DNA from: Promethearchaeota archaeon
GTDB lineage: Archaea > Asgardarchaeota > Lokiarchaeia > Sigyniarchaeales > SOKP01
Reading direction: 5' to 3'
DNA length: 16,923 nt
NCBI GenBank assembly: GCA_048941285.1
Contig: JBHLNS010000062.1
Span: forward strand, 1 to 16,923
Of the stretch, positions 15,542 through 16,923 are shown one piece after another. Position 1 is the stretch's first letter. Every line of letters starts with the position of its first letter. The notes below the pieces were generated by a model that did not search any database, was not told the origin of the DNA, and worked only from the letters and a program-made list of their open reading frames with translations. Position numbers and translations under genes: made by a program.

Positions 15542-16516
15542 CTATAGGTCAAAGATGTTTCCTGTATTGTAGATGGTAGTATCTAGATCAAGCAAAATTT
15601 GCCCACCTGAGGCTATTTCTACAGCATAATTTATAGCTTCTAATACTCTATTCATCATAAAATCGTAAGCAGTAAAACAATCTTTAAGTTGTTGCATCTG
15701 ATCCCCCGCATAACATTGAGAGATTGCAGGAATTAGCTCTGGGATGAAATCTTGACTTATCATTAACTCTTCGGCATCAATATTAGTCTCTTTTGCCAAG
15801 GTAAAGGGATTATATACATCCATCTGGGCAAACATGACTCTACAGACAAATATAGACGCTTTTATCTCTTTCATGATAAATTTAATTCTATTTTTATCGT
15901 CAAGGAATTTTTTAAAGGTAATCGCATTGATGATATCCTCGTTGGTTATAGTATCTGATGTATCGATTAATTCACTTACTCTTTCTGACATCCTTTTCGA
16001 AGATAGCATGAGTTTAAGATTCATTTCATTTTTCTTATAATAATCCTCATAAAAAGCAGAGAGAAAAGTATGCGCTCCCAGATGCCCTTGATCTTTAGAA
16101 TTGTCCAACCTATAATAATTATCTTTAAATTTATCCATAAAATTCTTAATAATTAAAAATTTTAGCTTGAGTCTATGTAACGCAAAAAACAAACACAATC
16201 TTGTTTTAGTATATGCTTCCACATTTCCCATTCTGAATCTGTCATGATGATCCCTTGCATACATTACGATAGGCTTTAATTTGCTTACTACAACATCAAT
16301 AAAATATTCAATGATATGTTCCAGGGGGTGACACTCTATTACATGAAATTTCTCTATTAATTTTTGGCTGGTCGGTTGACTTTGGGGCAATTCCCTGATA
16401 TCATCATAATTATAATATTCAAGAAACAAAGAAGTTAGTGCTTCCATTTCCAAAACTGTTCGACAGGGAATAAAAACCTTGTTCAAGTCATATAATATTG
16501 TTCCACTTTCTGGCAT
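15542..16516 (-). CDS. Hypothetical protein, 324 aa, probably soluble and alpha-helical
   Basis: Long uninterrupted ORF in AT-rich DNA with protein-like composition; no motif recognised; AT-rich TATA-like box about 25-30 nt upstream. Confidence 0.85.
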   Translation of the reverse strand: MPESGTILYDLNKVFIPCRTVLEMEALTSLFLEYYNYDDIRELPQSQPTSQKLIEKFHVIECHPLEHIIEYFIDVVVSKLKPIVMYARDHHDRFRMGNVEAYTKTRLCLFFALHRLKLKFLIIKNFMDKFKDNYYRLDNSKDQGHLGAHTFLSAFYEDYYKKNEMNLKLMLSSKRMSERVSELIDTSDTITNEDIINAITFKKFLDDKNRIKFIMKEIKASIFVCRVMFAQMDVYNPFTLAKETNIDAEELMISQDFIPELIPAISQCYAGDQMQQLKDCFTAYDFMMNRVLEAINYAVEIASGGQILLDLDTTIYNTGNIFDL

Positions 16517-16923
16517 ATCATTTAATAAACATTAGTAATTTTATTTACAATCTGAGAAAAAGCCTCTTTCTTATCAAGTTACTAATTAGGTTTTTATTTA
16601 AATAAGTTTTTTTATTAGAGTCTTTCCTTTTCATTACAATTTATTCTTCCTAAATAGCGTTTTAGGATTCAAAACTTTAAAGTAAATCTGGAGTATACAT
16701 TTTTTTATAACAATTCCTTTCAATTTAGAAAAGTTTTTACACTATTTGTTATAAAATCATGAAATAATGGAAATATGATTAGATTGTAAAGTATTAATGT
16801 ATCAAACGAATCCTTTAAGATTTTACATAACGTATTTATAAATCCTTTAAAAATAGGGTAGTTTTTGTTTCTGGTTTAAAAAAATTTATAAATACATAAT
16901 TTATTAGATTATTAAATTTTGTA

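Noticed and set aside
1598-16040. Short shadow ORFs (1598-1831, 3018-3206, 3345-3533, 3916-4104, 8044-8250, 11339-11521, 12818-13186, 13357-13626, 13681-14052, 13949-14152, 15834-16040)
   Set aside because: Antisense or alternative-frame ORFs lying within or across well-supported genes, with no motifs.
16517-16923. AATCCTTTAA direct repeat (16809, 16841), small hairpin (16648-16667) and a ~29-codon minus-strand ORF
   Set aside because: Short and AT-rich, compatible with chance or with promoter DNA of a gene beyond the window; no supporting context.

Overview
AT-rich (roughly 30% GC by eye), probably archaeal DNA. TATA/BRE-like promoters, GGTGA/GGAGG ribosome-binding sites and an IPFGN-TM-basic C-terminal sorting signal suggest an Asgard/Lokiarchaeia host; this is inference. 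The window is dominated by a 12-gene, ~13.9 kb + strand redox cluster (1356-15234): hdrC, hdrB, ferredoxin-FrhB-like, hdrA half 1, hdrA half 2, mvhD with a winged-helix tail, a 1005-aa double-FAD hdrA, mvhD/flxD, flxC, flxB, flxA and a second ferredoxin-FrhB-like gene. It looks like an hdrCBA-flxDCBA (NADH-coupled electron bifurcation/confurcation) operon expanded with a second, split HdrA-MvhD module and two F420-type input subunits. No hydrogenase or formate dehydrogenase catalytic subunit is present in the window. Flanking it are the 3' end of a surface-anchored protein gene, a probable 7Fe ferredoxin, a small Cys-rich protein with an Hsp20-like tail, a motif-rich ~570 bp divergent intergenic region, an unlisted 45-aa ORF and a 324-aa unrecognised protein. 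I found no RNA genes, mobile elements or CRISPR arrays.
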